A stretch of DNA of 64,000 nt, taken from positions 5,198 through 69,197 of the forward strand of contig CAIKXD010000068.1 of the NCBI GenBank assembly GCA_903831265.1, in the 5' to 3' direction. Below are positions 27,653-40,300 of this stretch, in pieces. Source of the stretch: an uncultured Bacteroidota bacterium. GTDB taxonomy: Bacteria; Bacteroidota; Bacteroidia; UBA4408. The position numbers and the translations under genes were made by a program. The stretch's first letter is position 1. Every line of letters begins with the position of its first letter. A model generated the notes under the pieces. The model was not told the DNA's origin and did no database searches. It saw only the letters and a list, made by a program, of their open reading frames with translations.

Positions 27653-27997
27653 ATGAAAACATCTGAAATAAATATAAAAGTTGTAACAGACATTAATCAC
27701 TTGCCAGAACTTATTACTTGGCAAGCTACCGACTCTGGTATGGAAGGAGAAAACGAGACTAAAGCCATGATGTTGGCTTTTTGGGATTCGGCACAACAAA
27801 ATACCTTAAAGATTGATTTGTGGACAAAAGACATGATGGTTGAAGAAATGAAATTATTTTTTTACCAAACAATGCTTAGTATGTCTGCAACCTTAGAAAG
27901 AGCTACTGGCGATGCTTCATCGGCAGCAGATTTACGTGAGTTTTGTAAACATCTTGCCCAAAAAATGGAAATAGAAACTACGCCACCTAAAAGCTAA
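27653..27997 (+). CDS. gldC: gliding motility-associated protein GldC
   Basis: 114-aa soluble protein. 'MKTSEINIKV...WQATDSG' resembles the GldC N-terminus. Starts 4 nt after gldB. Confidence 0.55.
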   Translation: MKTSEINIKVVTDINHLPELITWQATDSGMEGENETKAMMLAFWDSAQQNTLKIDLWTKDMMVEEMKLFFYQTMLSMSATLERATGDASSAADLREFCKHLAQKMEIETTPPKS

Positions 27998-28962
27998 GGT
28001 GAGCTTGGTTGGCAGCATGCATCAATAGCCTTAAATAGCACTTGCGCTAACTTAATATTTGATTGTTGCGACCAGCCTGCAATGTGCGGTGTTAATATCA
28101 CTTTTGGAGAATTGAAAAGCGCTTTAATTGTTTCGTTTTGATGCGCTGCGTTGAGGTGTTCAAATGAAGTATCTTCATATTCAAGCACATCTAAACACAT
28201 TCCTTTAATTTTATTTTCATCTATTAAACGCATTGCATCTGCTGTGTTTAATACTTTTCCACGAGCAGTGTTTATAAGGTAAAATGGGTGTTTAAAGGCA
28301 TTTAACCAATGGTAATTAATCATTCCATTGGTTTCTGGAGTAAGTGGAATGTGTAATGAAACAACTGTTGCTTCTGCTTGAATTCTTTCTAATGAACTTT
28401 CTTCAACATACAAATTGTTTGAGATGTAATTGTTTTTGTATTTATCATAAACGAGCACCTTCACATCAAACCCCTGAAGCCTTTTAGCAAAAGCACTGCC
28501 CATATTTCCATACCCAATAATACCTACTGTTTTGCCCGCTAATTCTTCGCCACGGTTGGTTTCTCTTAACCATTTATATTGTCTTACTTCGGCATCTGCT
28601 TTATTGATATTATTGAATAGTCCCAATAGCATACCTAAAGCATGCTCTGCTACTGCATCTTTATTGCCAGCAGCAGCATGTAAACATTTAATATTTTTAC
28701 TTTCGGCATAAACAACATCTATATTTTCCATACCTGCGCCATAACGAGCAATAAACTGCAATTGTGTGGCAGCATCAATAATGGTTTTGTCAATTGTAAT
28801 ACGACTTCTAATAATAAGGCCTTTAAAATTATGAATTTCTTTTACAATTTTTTCTTTATCCCAATCAAAAGCCTCAGTGATAACAAAGTTGTGCTCTAAG
28901 AGCAATTGCATTAGTAGCGGATGAACAGTATCAATAACAAGTATTGTATTTTGCTTGCTCAT
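27994..28962 (-). CDS. D-isomer-specific 2-hydroxyacid dehydrogenase family protein
   Basis: NAD-binding motif 'GIIGYGNMGSAFAKRL'. Catalytic-region His/Glu/Arg layout. 322 aa. Confidence 0.8.
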   Translation of the reverse strand: MSKQNTILVIDTVHPLLMQLLLEHNFVITEAFDWDKEKIVKEIHNFKGLIIRSRITIDKTIIDAATQLQFIARYGAGMENIDVVYAESKNIKCLHAAAGNKDAVAEHALGMLLGLFNNINKADAEVRQYKWLRETNRGEELAGKTVGIIGYGNMGSAFAKRLQGFDVKVLVYDKYKNNYISNNLYVEESSLERIQAEATVVSLHIPLTPETNGMINYHWLNAFKHPFYLINTARGKVLNTADAMRLIDENKIKGMCLDVLEYEDTSFEHLNAAHQNETIKALFNSPKVILTPHIAGWSQQSNIKLAQVLFKAIDACCQPSSP

Positions 28963-29448
28963 TTAATGTGTTTTTTCATATGTTACAATTGAAAAATCAT
29001 AAGCGTGCTTTTCATCTTTAAAGTAATCTTCTTTTGAGGTGATTTTCCAGAGGTTAGCATCTATTTTTGGGAAAAATGTATCTGCATCAAAGTTATGATG
29101 TACATGTGTGATGTACAATTTATCTGCAATATGCATGCTCTGTTCGTAAATACTAGCTCCACCTACAATAAAAACCTCTTGAGAGTCGGCCTGCGCAATT
29201 GCTTCATGTATATTTTGAACTACAAGACAGCCAGGTGCATTAAAGTTTAGGTTGTTGCTGATTATAATGTTTTTTCTTTTTGGTAGCGCTTTTCCAATAC
29301 TATCAAAGGTTTTACGCCCCATGATGATAGTACAGTTTAAGGTTGTTTTTTTAAAGAACAATAAATCAGTTGGTAGGTGCCAAATCAATTGGTTGTTTAA
29401 TCCAATGGCATTGTTTTGAGCTATAGCGGCAATAATTGAAATTTTCAA
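28963..29448 (-). CDS. folA: dihydrofolate reductase
   Basis: 'ISIIAAIAQNNAIG...LIW..P.D...F...T....IIMGRKTF.SI'. 161 aa. Confidence 0.85.
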   Translation of the reverse strand: MKISIIAAIAQNNAIGLNNQLIWHLPTDLLFFKKTTLNCTIIMGRKTFDSIGKALPKRKNIIISNNLNFNAPGCLVVQNIHEAIAQADSQEVFIVGGASIYEQSMHIADKLYITHVHHNFDADTFFPKIDANLWKITSKEDYFKDEKHAYDFSIVTYEKTH

Positions 29449-29513
29449 GTAAAATAATTTTTAACAAAGGTATAAGGCAAATTTAATTATTCAAAACAAT
29501 AACTATTTTGCAT

Positions 29514-30227
29514 TTATCTATAATCTGCATTTCCAGTGTAATCATCAAAACAACGACTTACTTTATAATAAAAATCGTAGTCGTTGGCATAATTAACAAC
29601 ATCTTCGGTGAGTTTACAAAACATGATAAAAGCACGTTCATCAAATTTAGATAAATCAACTTTCTTAACATTAAAGAAATAGGCTAAGCGTCTTTCTGCC
29701 TTTTCAAAAAACAATTCCTTTTTATAAATTTCAATTAATTTTTGACGCTCCCTTCCTTCTTTACTGTATTCGTAATACAATGCACTAATTGGGCTAGTAA
29801 GCGGTGGAGCAGGCACATTGATAAATCTTTCGTAAAAATTCTTTTGATTTTGAGTAAGCTCCTTAGGGCTAATCATAACCGTATTTAAATTATACGTTTT
29901 AGCAAACAGAATAACTCCTTGATGTATTTTATAACTTTGAAGTTCTAGTATTTCTTTGGCAGCAATTTTACGCGCTATATACCCAATACAGCTAATTAAT
30001 ATTGTGTCTGTAGCATTTGCTCTAAGTTCAAAATATCCTTTATCGGAAGTAACAGTGCCCACGCCACTTTTTTTATTTACTACATAAGCAAATGGAATGG
30101 TGGTACTACTATCTTTTTCTGTGATGTATCCTTTAATTACCGTGCTTTGAGCAACACATTCTATAGAGAAGGTAAGCAATAAAAAAACGAAAAAAATTGT
30201 ATGTAAATTCAATAATTTCAAAAGCAA
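29514..30227 (-). CDS. secreted protein with carboxypeptidase-regulatory-like (CarboxypepD_reg) beta-sandwich domain
   Basis: After the signal peptide, 'VIKGYITEKDSSTTIPFAYVVNKKSGVGTVTSDKGYFEL' matches the CarboxypepD_reg-like fold. Confidence 0.45.
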   Translation of the reverse strand: MLLKLLNLHTIFFVFLLLTFSIECVAQSTVIKGYITEKDSSTTIPFAYVVNKKSGVGTVTSDKGYFELRANATDTILISCIGYIARKIAAKEILELQSYKIHQGVILFAKTYNLNTVMISPKELTQNQKNFYERFINVPAPPLTSPISALYYEYSKEGRERQKLIEIYKKELFFEKAERRLAYFFNVKKVDLSKFDERAFIMFCKLTEDVVNYANDYDFYYKVSRCFDDYTGNADYR

Positions 30228-30421
30228 ACTAATTTAATTGCTGCAAGTTAAAGTAAATGTTTTTATAGCTCACGTTCATTATGTTATTTTTGCATTTTAA
30301 AGAGGTAAATTAACTAGAAAAAAGGCAATTGTAAAGTTATCTTTGTATCAATACAATTTAATAAGCATTAATTTACTATTACAAATATCGTTAAAATTAA
30401 AAAGAAATAAATACATTTAGT

Positions 30422-31216
30422 ATGTGCGGACGATATGTTGTGGTTCAAAAATGGGAAGAGTTAGAGCGGGCCTTTAGCACAGCGCCCTTAGCTATTACCG
30501 AGCCCTTTATTGCCAATTATAATACTGGCCCTGGAAGTTATGCCCCAGTTGTAATTTTAAAAAATAACACTGCAATGCTTGCCACAATGCAATTTGGACT
30601 TACGCCATTTTGGGCAAAGAAAAAAATGTATCTTTTTAATGCGCGTGCCGAAGGCGATGGAAATGAAAATGATGATATCAATTACACGGGAGGAAAAGGA
30701 ATAATATCAAAGCCTGCCTTTAGAAAGCCAATAAGAGAACAACGTTGTTTAGTAATTGCCAATGCTTTTATGGAAGGACCTAAAACTGAAAAACTTTCAA
30801 AACCTTATTTGTGTTTTTTGCGAAATCGCGAAAGCTTTTGTATGGCGGGCATTTACGATACCTACGTAGATAAAGAAACAGGCGAAGAAACTCAGTCTTT
30901 TGCCATTATAACCACTGTGGCCAATGAATTAATGCAAAAAATAGGGCATCACAGAAGTCCGGTAATTTTAGAGCAAGCAGATGAAAATAGATGGCTTCAT
31001 AGTGCCGATTTAGCCGAAGTTACAGCCTTGCTAAAACCTTATCCAGCGCATTTAATGAATGCCTATCCTATAGATGTTGCCATTAAAAATCAAAAAAACA
31101 ATGCACCGGAATTTTTAAAACCCACAGGTGCCACCCTAATAAAAGAAACAGAGCAGGTAATGATTTCAGAAGAATATTACTGGAATAAAAATAAGCGAAG
31201 TTTAAGGAAGGAGTGA
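30422..31216 (+). CDS. SOS-response-associated peptidase (SRAP/YedK, abasic-site DNA-protein crosslink family)
   Basis: Hallmark N-terminal 'MCGRY' with the catalytic Cys2. 264 aa. Confidence 0.85.
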   Translation: MCGRYVVVQKWEELERAFSTAPLAITEPFIANYNTGPGSYAPVVILKNNTAMLATMQFGLTPFWAKKKMYLFNARAEGDGNENDDINYTGGKGIISKPAFRKPIREQRCLVIANAFMEGPKTEKLSKPYLCFLRNRESFCMAGIYDTYVDKETGEETQSFAIITTVANELMQKIGHHRSPVILEQADENRWLHSADLAEVTALLKPYPAHLMNAYPIDVAIKNQKNNAPEFLKPTGATLIKETEQVMISEEYYWNKNKRSLRKE

Positions 31217-31347
31217 GTAATTTCTGCAAAGAATAAGTTTGCTCAATAACACGCTAAGCTAAAGTTTTGCTTGGTTATTAAATTTAAAAGCAGGCATCTT
31301 GATTGAAGCAGGTTTTTTTTTATCATTGCATGATATTAATAATTCTT

Positions 31348-32652
31348 ATGGAAGAAATTACAATTGAAGCGCTGCATCACTATTTTACACAATCAACTGG
31401 TGTTTGCACAGATACAAGAAATATAGCAGCAGGCAGCTTATTTGTGGCCCTCAAGGGCGATAATTTTGATGGAAACCAATTTGTTGAGCAAGCCATAAAA
31501 TCAGGAGCAAAATATGCCATTACTGATAATGCAAACTTTGCCAATAACCAACAAATATTTTATGTAAAAGATACATTAATTGCCTTGCAGGATTTGGCCA
31601 ATTATCATAGAAAGCAATTCGCTATTCCTGTGATTGCAATTACGGGTTCCAATGGCAAAACAACAACTAAAGAATTATTTAATGCGGTTTTATCAAAAAA
31701 GTATAATACGCTCGCTACAAAAGGCAATTTAAACAATCACATTGGTGTTCCGCTTACGCTATTAAAGTTAAATAATTCACACGAGCTTGCCATTATTGAA
31801 ATGGGTGCAAATCACCAAGGAGAGATTGAATTACTCAGTCGCATTGCAGCGCCAACAATAGGCTTAATTACCAATATAGGAAAGGCTCATTTAGAGGGTT
31901 TTGGCGGCATTGAAGGTGTTATTAAGGGCAAAACAGAATTATATCATTTTTTAGAAAAACAAAATGGACTTATTGTTTATAATGCCGATAATGCTGTTTT
32001 AAAAGAAAAGGTAAATAACAGTAATACTTTATGCTATGCTTTTAATAATGAAGCCAATTGCATAGGAAAGATTGAGAGTGATCAACCCTTTTTAGCTTTA
32101 AATTATACCTATGAAAATGAAATGCAAATAAGTGTCAGTTCCAACTTAATAGGACTTTATAATGCCGAAAACATACTGAGTGCCATTTGTGTTGCAAAAT
32201 ATTTAGGGGTTGATGACCAAGCGATAATTGAAGGTATTTCTGCTTATGCGCCAGATAATAGTCGCTCTCAAATTATTAAAAAAGAAACAAATACAATTAT
32301 TTTAGATGCATACAATGCCAATCCTAGTAGCATGAAAGCGGCTCTTGATAATTTTGACAAAATTGATGCAAAAAATAAACTAGTAATTTTAGGTGATATG
32401 TTCGAACTTGGCCAAACAAGTGCCGAGGAACATCAAAACATTGCCCAAGCAGCCATTCAAAATAAAGCTAACCAATGTATTTTTGTTGGTCCACAATTTA
32501 GTCAATCTGAGGCTGCGCAAGCCCAAAAAAGTTTTTTAAGTGTACTTGATTGTATGCAGTATTTAAAAACCTTGCCATTAAACAATCTTACAATTCTTAT
32601 AAAAGGCTCAAGAGGAATGAAAATGGAACAAATATTATCAGTATTTGATTAA
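31348..32652 (+). CDS. murF: UDP-N-acetylmuramoyl-tripeptide--D-alanyl-D-alanine ligase
   Basis: 'ITGSNGKTTTKE' P-loop and Mur ligase middle and C-terminal domains. The longest ORF starts at 31303, but 'MEEITIEAL' at 31348 fits the family N-terminus. Confidence 0.85.
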   Translation: MEEITIEALHHYFTQSTGVCTDTRNIAAGSLFVALKGDNFDGNQFVEQAIKSGAKYAITDNANFANNQQIFYVKDTLIALQDLANYHRKQFAIPVIAITGSNGKTTTKELFNAVLSKKYNTLATKGNLNNHIGVPLTLLKLNNSHELAIIEMGANHQGEIELLSRIAAPTIGLITNIGKAHLEGFGGIEGVIKGKTELYHFLEKQNGLIVYNADNAVLKEKVNNSNTLCYAFNNEANCIGKIESDQPFLALNYTYENEMQISVSSNLIGLYNAENILSAICVAKYLGVDDQAIIEGISAYAPDNSRSQIIKKETNTIILDAYNANPSSMKAALDNFDKIDAKNKLVILGDMFELGQTSAEEHQNIAQAAIQNKANQCIFVGPQFSQSEAAQAQKSFLSVLDCMQYLKTLPLNNLTILIKGSRGMKMEQILSVFD

Positions 32653-32659
32653 TAAAAAA

Positions 32660-34456
32660 TTAATCCAACTTTAACACAGCCATAAACGCTTGTTGTGGAA
32701 TTTCTACGCTACCTACCTGACGCATTCTTTTCTTCCCTTCTTTTTGCTTTTCTAACAATTTACGCTTACGCGAAATATCACCACCATAGCATTTTGCAGT
32801 AACATCTTTTCTTAGCGCGCGGATAGTTTCACGTGCCACAATTTTAGCGCCAATGGCGGCTTGTATAGGAATTTCAAATTGCTGACGTGGAATTAGTTCT
32901 TTCAGTTTCTCACATATTTTTTTACCAAAATCATGCGCATGATCTCTGTGAATTAAAGCAGATAAAGCATCCACAGGCTCACTATTTAGTAAAATGTCTA
33001 ACTTAACCAATTGCGATTCGCGATACTCTAAAGGCGAATAATCAAACGAGGCATAACCCTTTGAAATGGTTTTTAACTTATCATAAAAATCAAAAACAAC
33101 TTCACCTAACGGCAGCTCAAAATTAAGCTCAACCCTATCTTGGGTTAAATAAACTTGGTTTTTAAGAATTCCTCTTTTGTTGATACAAAGGCTCATAATA
33201 CCACCCGTAAACTCCGATTTGGTAATGATTTGTGCTTTTATGTATGGTTCTTCAACATAATCAATTCTACTCACTTCGGGCAAATCGCTTGGGTTGTTTA
33301 CAATTATTTTTTCACCTTTAGTGGTGTGTGCAAAGTACGATACGTTAGGAACCGTGGTAATTACCGTCATGTTAAATTCTCGCTCTAATCGTTCCTGAAT
33401 TATTTCCATGTGGAGCATGCCTAAAAAGCCGCATCTGAAGCCAAATCCCAAGGCAGCCGAGGACTCTGGCTCCCATGTTAAAGAAGCATCGTTCAGCTGC
33501 AATTTTTCCATACTGTAACGCAGTTCTTGATAGTCATCCGTATCAACAGGATAAATACCTGCAAAAACCATTGGTTTAACGTCTTCAAAACCTTGTATGG
33601 CAGTTTCGCATGGCGCTGCAACTAGTGTAATGGTATCACCCACTTTTACTTCGCGTGCTTCTTTAATGCCCGAAATAATATAACCTACATCGCCAACTTT
33701 TACTGAATTTCTTGGCTCTTGTTTTAAGCGCAATACGCCAATTTCCTCTGCATTATATTCTTTTTTAGTAGCAAAAAATTTAACACGGTCGCCCTTTTTA
33801 ATCTCACCATTAATTACTTTAAAATAGGCTATGATTCCTCTAAATGAATTAAAAACGGAATCAAAAATTAGCGCTTGCAATGGTGCATTTAAATTTCCTT
33901 TTGGAGCTGGCACTCTATTTACAATGGCTTCTAAGATATCGTAAACGCCCATGCCTGTTTTTCCGCTGGCTGACAAAATAATATCTCTTTCGCATCCCAA
34001 TAATTCAACAATTTGGTCTTTAACCTCTTCAGGATTTGCGCTTGGCAAATCAATTTTATTTAAAACAGGAATAATAGTTAAGTTGTTTTCGAGGGCCAAA
34101 TAAAGGTTCGAAATAGTTTGTGCTTGAATTCCTTGTGCAGCATCAACAATAAGCAATGCCCCTTCGCAAGCTGCAATTGAGCGCGAAACTTCGTATGAAA
34201 AATCAACGTGTCCGGGCGTATCAATCAAATTTAAGATATACTTCTGACCATTTAGTTCATAGTCCATTTGAATAGCATGGCTTTTTATTGTAATGCCACG
34301 CTCTCGCTCCAAGTCCATATCATCAAGCACTTGTGCCTGTAAATCACGCTTAGAAACAGTTTTAGTATATTCAAGTAAACGGTCGGCTAGTGTGCTTTTC
34401 CCGTGATCGATGTGCGCAATAATGCAAAAATTTCTAATATTTTCCATAGACCGCAA
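32660..34456 (-). CDS. lepA: translation elongation factor 4
   Basis: '[22 protein letters not shown]', 'DTPGHVDF', 'NKIDL' and the LepA-specific C-terminal domain. 598 aa. Confidence 0.95.
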   Translation of the reverse strand: MRSMENIRNFCIIAHIDHGKSTLADRLLEYTKTVSKRDLQAQVLDDMDLERERGITIKSHAIQMDYELNGQKYILNLIDTPGHVDFSYEVSRSIAACEGALLIVDAAQGIQAQTISNLYLALENNLTIIPVLNKIDLPSANPEEVKDQIVELLGCERDIILSASGKTGMGVYDILEAIVNRVPAPKGNLNAPLQALIFDSVFNSFRGIIAYFKVINGEIKKGDRVKFFATKKEYNAEEIGVLRLKQEPRNSVKVGDVGYIISGIKEAREVKVGDTITLVAAPCETAIQGFEDVKPMVFAGIYPVDTDDYQELRYSMEKLQLNDASLTWEPESSAALGFGFRCGFLGMLHMEIIQERLEREFNMTVITTVPNVSYFAHTTKGEKIIVNNPSDLPEVSRIDYVEEPYIKAQIITKSEFTGGIMSLCINKRGILKNQVYLTQDRVELNFELPLGEVVFDFYDKLKTISKGYASFDYSPLEYRESQLVKLDILLNSEPVDALSALIHRDHAHDFGKKICEKLKELIPRQQFEIPIQAAIGAKIVARETIRALRKDVTAKCYGGDISRKRKLLEKQKEGKKRMRQVGSVEIPQQAFMAVLKLD

Positions 34457-34672
34457 AAGTAATCAGAAAAATTGAAAGAATTATGTTCAATTTAATTAAA
34501 CCTAGATTAGGGATTAGAAATCTACTCAACTTCATTTTCCTTCAATCTCAAGCACTTAATTCCATTTTTATTTTCATAAAAAAAGGCCGTCTATTAAATT
34601 AAAAAAAGCACGGGAGCAACTGATATTATTGAAAAATATCGTTTACCAACAGTTCAAATAGTGTAACTTGAA

Positions 34673-35530
34673 TTAAACCAAACTCATTAAATAAGTTCCA
34701 TAGCCGCTTTTTAGCAATGGTTTAGCTAATTCATGTAATTGTTCTTTATTGATAAAGCCCATACGATAGGCTATTTCTTCAATACAACCTATTTTTAAGC
34801 CTTGTCTTTCTTCGATAACTTGCACAAATTGCCCAGCTTGCATTAATGATGCAAATGTTCCAGTATCAAGCCATGCAGTACCTCTGTCTAAAATGCCAAC
34901 TTTTAATTTTCCGGCTTCCAAATAATGTTTATTTACATCTGTAATTTCATATTCTCCTCTTGGACTTGGCTTTAATTCTTTTGCAATTTTAATAACATCA
35001 TTGTCGTAAAAATATAAACCTGGAACAGCATAATTTGATTTAGGATGCGCTGGTTTTTCTTCAATACTTACCGCTTTCATATTGTTATCAAACTCAACCA
35101 CACCATAGCGCTCTGGATCTGAAACATGGTAGGCAAATACTACACCACCTGTAGGGTCTTTATACTGTTGCATTAAAGTACCTAAACCAGAACCATAAAA
35201 GATATTGTCACCTAATATTAGTGCAACTTTGTCGTTACCAATAAAATCAGCACCAATTACAAATGCCTGCGCTAAACCGTTGGGAACTGCTTGTTCGGCA
35301 TAACTAAAGGTGCAACCTAAATTTTTGCCATCGCCTAATAACCTTTTAAAATGAGGTAAATCATGTGGTGTAGAAATGATAAGTATTTCATTAATTCCGG
35401 CCATCATAAGCACCGATAGCGGATAGTAAATCATGGGTTTATCGTAAACTGGCATTAATTGCTTGCTCACAGCAAGGGTCAATGGATGCAATCTTGTGCC
35501 GGAGCCACCAGCTAAAATAATTCCTTTCAT
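34673..35530 (-). CDS. rfbA: glucose-1-phosphate thymidylyltransferase
   Basis: '[18 protein letters not shown]' and 'EKP' motifs. 285 aa. Confidence 0.9.
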   Translation of the reverse strand: MKGIILAGGSGTRLHPLTLAVSKQLMPVYDKPMIYYPLSVLMMAGINEILIISTPHDLPHFKRLLGDGKNLGCTFSYAEQAVPNGLAQAFVIGADFIGNDKVALILGDNIFYGSGLGTLMQQYKDPTGGVVFAYHVSDPERYGVVEFDNNMKAVSIEEKPAHPKSNYAVPGLYFYDNDVIKIAKELKPSPRGEYEITDVNKHYLEAGKLKVGILDRGTAWLDTGTFASLMQAGQFVQVIEERQGLKIGCIEEIAYRMGFINKEQLHELAKPLLKSGYGTYLMSLV

Positions 35531-35854
35531 ATTGTAAAAATTTGATGCTAAAATAGGAAATTAAAATAGAATGAGCATGTTTAAAAAAATGTTTTCGTAG
35601 GACTTTTTTGTTAAAGGAAGTGTTTATTTTAAGCTGTATTGCATGATTTATAATAAACAAACCGAGCAGGCTTAATAAAAAATACGTACCATAAATTTAA
35701 ACCAGATTAATCGCTTAAAACAAATATTTTAAACCATGTTAAGTAATTTTTGATAATTTGAGCCCCAAATTATAACAAGTATTTGACACGTTAAATGATA
35801 TCTATTGTGTTGTAGGCTGGCTATTAATTTTTTACTTACGAACTATATTTAAAC

Positions 35855-37333
35855 TTGATGATGGAAATTAATAAAAAGTATTTAAACGTATTTTACATCT
35901 TTATTTTTTTAGCATATCTATTAACCCAATTTCCTTTTTTAAAAGCAGATTCAGATCTAGCCATAGCATCGGGCAGTAGGGGCGCATGGACAGATGAGGG
36001 CCTTTACACTGCGCCAATAAGAAATATAATAAATCAAGGCTACAACAATTTTACTAAAGAGCATTCTATTTTAAAAACGCCCTACGCTATTGTTACCCCA
36101 CTTTATTCGATTTTTCTGTATCCATTTTTTAAATTGTTTGGTATTAGTTTAGAGATGGCTAGGTTAATTACAGTGTTATTTTGTACATTTTTTATCTTTA
36201 TTATCTTTTATAAAAAAGACGCAAAGTTGATTGGTATCGCGTTTGTATTGTCAACTATGATGTTAAACCCAATACACCAATACACGCATTTATGCTTAGC
36301 CGAAATGTATGCTACATTGCTAATTATTGCTGCCATTGTGATAAGTGTTTACAATGTAAATTTAGGCTCTAATAAAGGATTGATTTTGATGTACACATTT
36401 TTAATTTGTGCTGTATTATTCAAAATTCAATTTATATATATTCTTCCTTTGCCTCTCTTTTTTTACGCATGGCAACTGTTGTTAAAAGAAAAGTCTTTTT
36501 CAAGGAAACAATTATTAAATGCTGTTGCAGTTATATCAATTATCTTATTGAGCATGTTTTTGCTGTGGTATCTGCCATTTAAGGAGGCGTGGAAATATAC
36601 CGGTAGTAGTTCTTCTGGGAGTATATCCTTAAAAACAATTAGCTTAGATATAGTTTTAAATAACCTAAATGTTTTTTTCTTTTCTGAAAGGTATTTCTTG
36701 TTTACCTTCCTATTCCTAATTTCTTTTGCTGCTTTTTTATATCATTATTCAAAAAAGAAATTACCAATAACCTATCTAAGATTAACTGAACTTATTCTAA
36801 TTTGGATACTGTTAGAATCACATAAAATAACGCTAACCTATTTACCTGTAAGATATCTTATAAGTTTTTATGCAGCAATGGGATTGTTTATTTCAGTGAT
36901 GTTCGCTTTTTATTTTAATCAAAACAAATTTTTGTACAAGATAATTGTATTCGTTTTTTTGATATCTTGTTTCGCATTTAATAACTATTTTTATATGCAG
37001 GCATTCAAATCTCGTGCTTATAAAGTGCATGAAATGAATGTATTTTTTAAGTCGATAGCAAAGAAGTCAGATATAGTTATTGGTCCGTGGGCTCCCGCTT
37101 TTACTTGGGAAACAAAGTGTACTACTTTTCCTATTTGGACTGTTTATACAGAAAATAAAAATATTTTAGAAGAATATAGTCCAAGTTTTATTGTTAGCGA
37201 ACACGATCAAAATGATTCGGGCGAAGCTTTTAAAAACGATAATTTGAATTTAAATACGATTGGGGATTCTTTAATTCAAACCCAAATTGGGCAATGGAAA
37301 ATAAATATCTATGCTGTAAAGAATAAAAAATAA
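35855..37333 (+). CDS. GT-C-fold glycosyltransferase (ArnT/PMT, GT39/GT83-like) polytopic membrane protein
   Basis: About 11 TM helices. First-loop 'GAWTDEGLY' acidic DE motif typical of GT-C transferases. Confidence 0.5.
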   Translation: MMMEINKKYLNVFYIFIFLAYLLTQFPFLKADSDLAIASGSRGAWTDEGLYTAPIRNIINQGYNNFTKEHSILKTPYAIVTPLYSIFLYPFFKLFGISLEMARLITVLFCTFFIFIIFYKKDAKLIGIAFVLSTMMLNPIHQYTHLCLAEMYATLLIIAAIVISVYNVNLGSNKGLILMYTFLICAVLFKIQFIYILPLPLFFYAWQLLLKEKSFSRKQLLNAVAVISIILLSMFLLWYLPFKEAWKYTGSSSSGSISLKTISLDIVLNNLNVFFFSERYFLFTFLFLISFAAFLYHYSKKKLPITYLRLTELILIWILLESHKITLTYLPVRYLISFYAAMGLFISVMFAFYFNQNKFLYKIIVFVFLISCFAFNNYFYMQAFKSRAYKVHEMNVFFKSIAKKSDIVIGPWAPAFTWETKCTTFPIWTVYTENKNILEEYSPSFIVSEHDQNDSGEAFKNDNLNLNTIGDSLIQTQIGQWKINIYAVKNKK

Positions 37334-37343
37334 AAACCTATTA

Positions 37344-40300
37344 TTAGCTAATATAGTTACTTGAATTAGCAAGTTTATTTTTAAGTTCTTCAATACGTTT
37401 AAGCTTGTTCGGCTGTCTTCTTCGTTTATTAGTTTCTGTAAAATATTGGTGTTTCTCAAGAAATGGGATTTGCATCTCATCCCATTGTTTGTCTGTTTGT
37501 ATTTTGCCAAATGAAATTAGTTCCTTTTTTAAAGATGCTGAAATTTCATAAAAATCTTCACGCCCTAAATAATCCAAATCAGCATCACACATAATCATTT
37601 CTAGAAGCGTTTTTGGATTTTGGGGTATTTCAGTAGCCATAATAATGGCATCAATAATATCGATTTGACGCTCAGTATAGCCATATTTTGGTAGCACCTC
37701 ACGTGCGAATGTAACTCCAATTTTTTCATTCTTTACATACTCTTGTACAAAACCTGCATCATGAAAAAGTGCAGCAGTTTTTAATAAAAATAAATCTTCA
37801 CCATCAACACCTTCTTCTCTTGCAATTTCTTCGGCAGAGTTTGTTACATCAATTGTGTGATGAATGCCATGATAATAAAGCCCTTCAGGTAGTCTTTCTG
37901 CCAGTAGTTTTAGAATACGTGCTTCAGATTTTTTGAAACTGAATTTATCAAGTAGCAATTGAGAAAATTTCTCGTTAAATAATTCGTTTGGAGTCATGCC
38001 TTCTGTATCTGATGAAAGTTCAGGTCTAATTTTTTCCACAAAATACATCTCAATATCGCCTTTGTTTTTAGCTGCAATTTTTCCTCTGTAAGTGCAAACA
38101 AAAAAATCTTTAATGTACTCATATGTAGCCTTTGTTATATTAACCTTGCCCGCCTCTCCACTACTTTCAGTTCTGCTCGCGGTATTTACAGTGTCGCCCC
38201 AAATATCAAAAGCAAATTTAGTTTTTCCTATGACACCTGCAATAATTTCTCCTGTATTTATTCCTAATCTTAATTTCCACTCATACTTTTTTCCTTCAAT
38301 TTCTATAAACGCACCACGCATAAAATGCTGTATTTCTAGCGCTGCTAATACAGATTCTATAGGGTTACTTTTATTTCTAATAGGAATTCCACCCGCGCAC
38401 ATATATGAATCTCCAATTGTTTTGATTCTTTCCATGTTGTATTTTCCTACAATTTCATCAAATTTACTAAAGTACTTGTCTAATTCATCAATTAATTGTT
38501 GTGGTCGTAACTTCTCAGCAATCTTGGTAAATCCTTGAAAATCGGTAAACATAACTGTACACATACTATAATTCCTTGGTCTAGAAAAGCCTTTGTTTAT
38601 AAGTTCCTCAGCAGTTTCTTTCGGTAAAATACTGTGTACTAAACTTTCTGTTTTCTTTTTTTGCTCTTCAATAATCGACTTCTGCGCCTCAATTTCTTCT
38701 TTTTGTTTCATTACGGTGGCTGTGCGTTCTCTTATTTGATTTTCGAGAAATCTTTTCTGTTTAACCACCCTATTTAAGCGCTGCCTATTGTAAAAATATA
38801 TTATAGCAGCTAACATAATAACAACCAATAATCTAAACCACCATGTTTTCCAAAAGGGTGGTGTTATCCTAATTTGAATAGTAGCGGCTGTCTTGCTCCA
38901 AACGCCATCTGAATTAGAACCCAAAACTTTAAATACATATTCACCTGGCTCCAAATTAGTGTAATTTGCTTGGTTTTGCGTACCAACATAATTCCAATCT
39001 TCATCTAAACCTTCCATCATATATTTAAACTCATTATTCTCGGGTGATGAAAAATGAAGCGCAGAAAAATCAAATGAAAAGAAATTTTGCTTGTAGGAAA
39101 GTACAATTTCTTCGGCATAGGTTATGCTTTTTTTTAGCACCTTACTTTTGTTTGCCTCAACCGGTTGATTAAATATCATTAAGGCTGTAATAACAATTCT
39201 TGGTGCAATTGTATCATGCAGTATTTGGTTTGGAAAAAATGCGTTAAATCCTTCTACACCACCAAAAAACAATTCCCCTTTTTCTGATTTAAAAGCTGCT
39301 CCACTATTAAATTCATTGCTTTGTAAACCGTCATTCTCATAATAGTTAGCGATGGTTGAATCGTTTAACCTAAGTTTAATTAAACCATTATTGGAGCTAC
39401 ACCATAATACATTCGAATTTTCTTTTAAAATACTGTAAATGGTGCTATTTTGGATGCCTTCTAGGTAGGCACATCGGTTTACTTTTCCTGATGAAATATC
39501 TAAATTATTTAAACCACCACCATAAGTTCCAAGCCACAAGCTGCCTTCATTTATTTGCGATATACTTAAAATATTATTGTTGCTCAATGTGTTTTCAACA
39601 TCTTGATTAGAAAGGTATTTTACAAAATAAATTTTATCGGTTATTCCTTTTGTTTCTTTTATATAGTCCACCCTGTTTAATCCTCCACCATTGGTGCCAA
39701 CCCATATATTTCCATTCAAATCTTCAAAAATGGCTCTAATATCATTGTTTGATATAGATTGCTTAGAATTACTATTGTTAACATAATGTTCAATAGTTCG
39801 GTTTTTTAAGAATATTTTATAGAGCCCTTCTTTTGTCCCAATCCATAAATTATTTTTAGAGTCGAGCGTAAGGCACAACATAAATTTTTCTCTCAAATAA
39901 TCAATTTCCTTTTTATTTAGTTTAAACGGAATAATTTTATGATTAACGATATTGTATTCAAATAATCCTCGCTCGCAACCTACCAATAAGATATTTTCGG
40001 ATAAACGCTGTATACAAGTTACCGCTGTTGAAACCGACTTTATAGTTGATGGCATTTCGATGGTAAAACTAACACCAGTTTCTCTGTCAAATACAGTTAA
40101 GCCACCATCGCTTCCAATGTAAGATATGTTACTTGTAACATCGTCATAAATACTCCAAACATTGTTGGTAGCGTTGGTTAAATTAAAATTTATGCGTGGT
40201 GTAAAAAGCTTAAATTTATTTTGAATTCTATCAAATTTATTAATGCCAGATTCTGTTCCAACCCACATCGTGCCTGTCTTGTCTTCATAAATGCAATTTA

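Noticed and set aside
35439-35660. 73-aa minus-strand ORF overlapping the rfbA start
   Set aside because: It overlaps the rfbA N-terminus in another frame and extends into a divergent promoter region.
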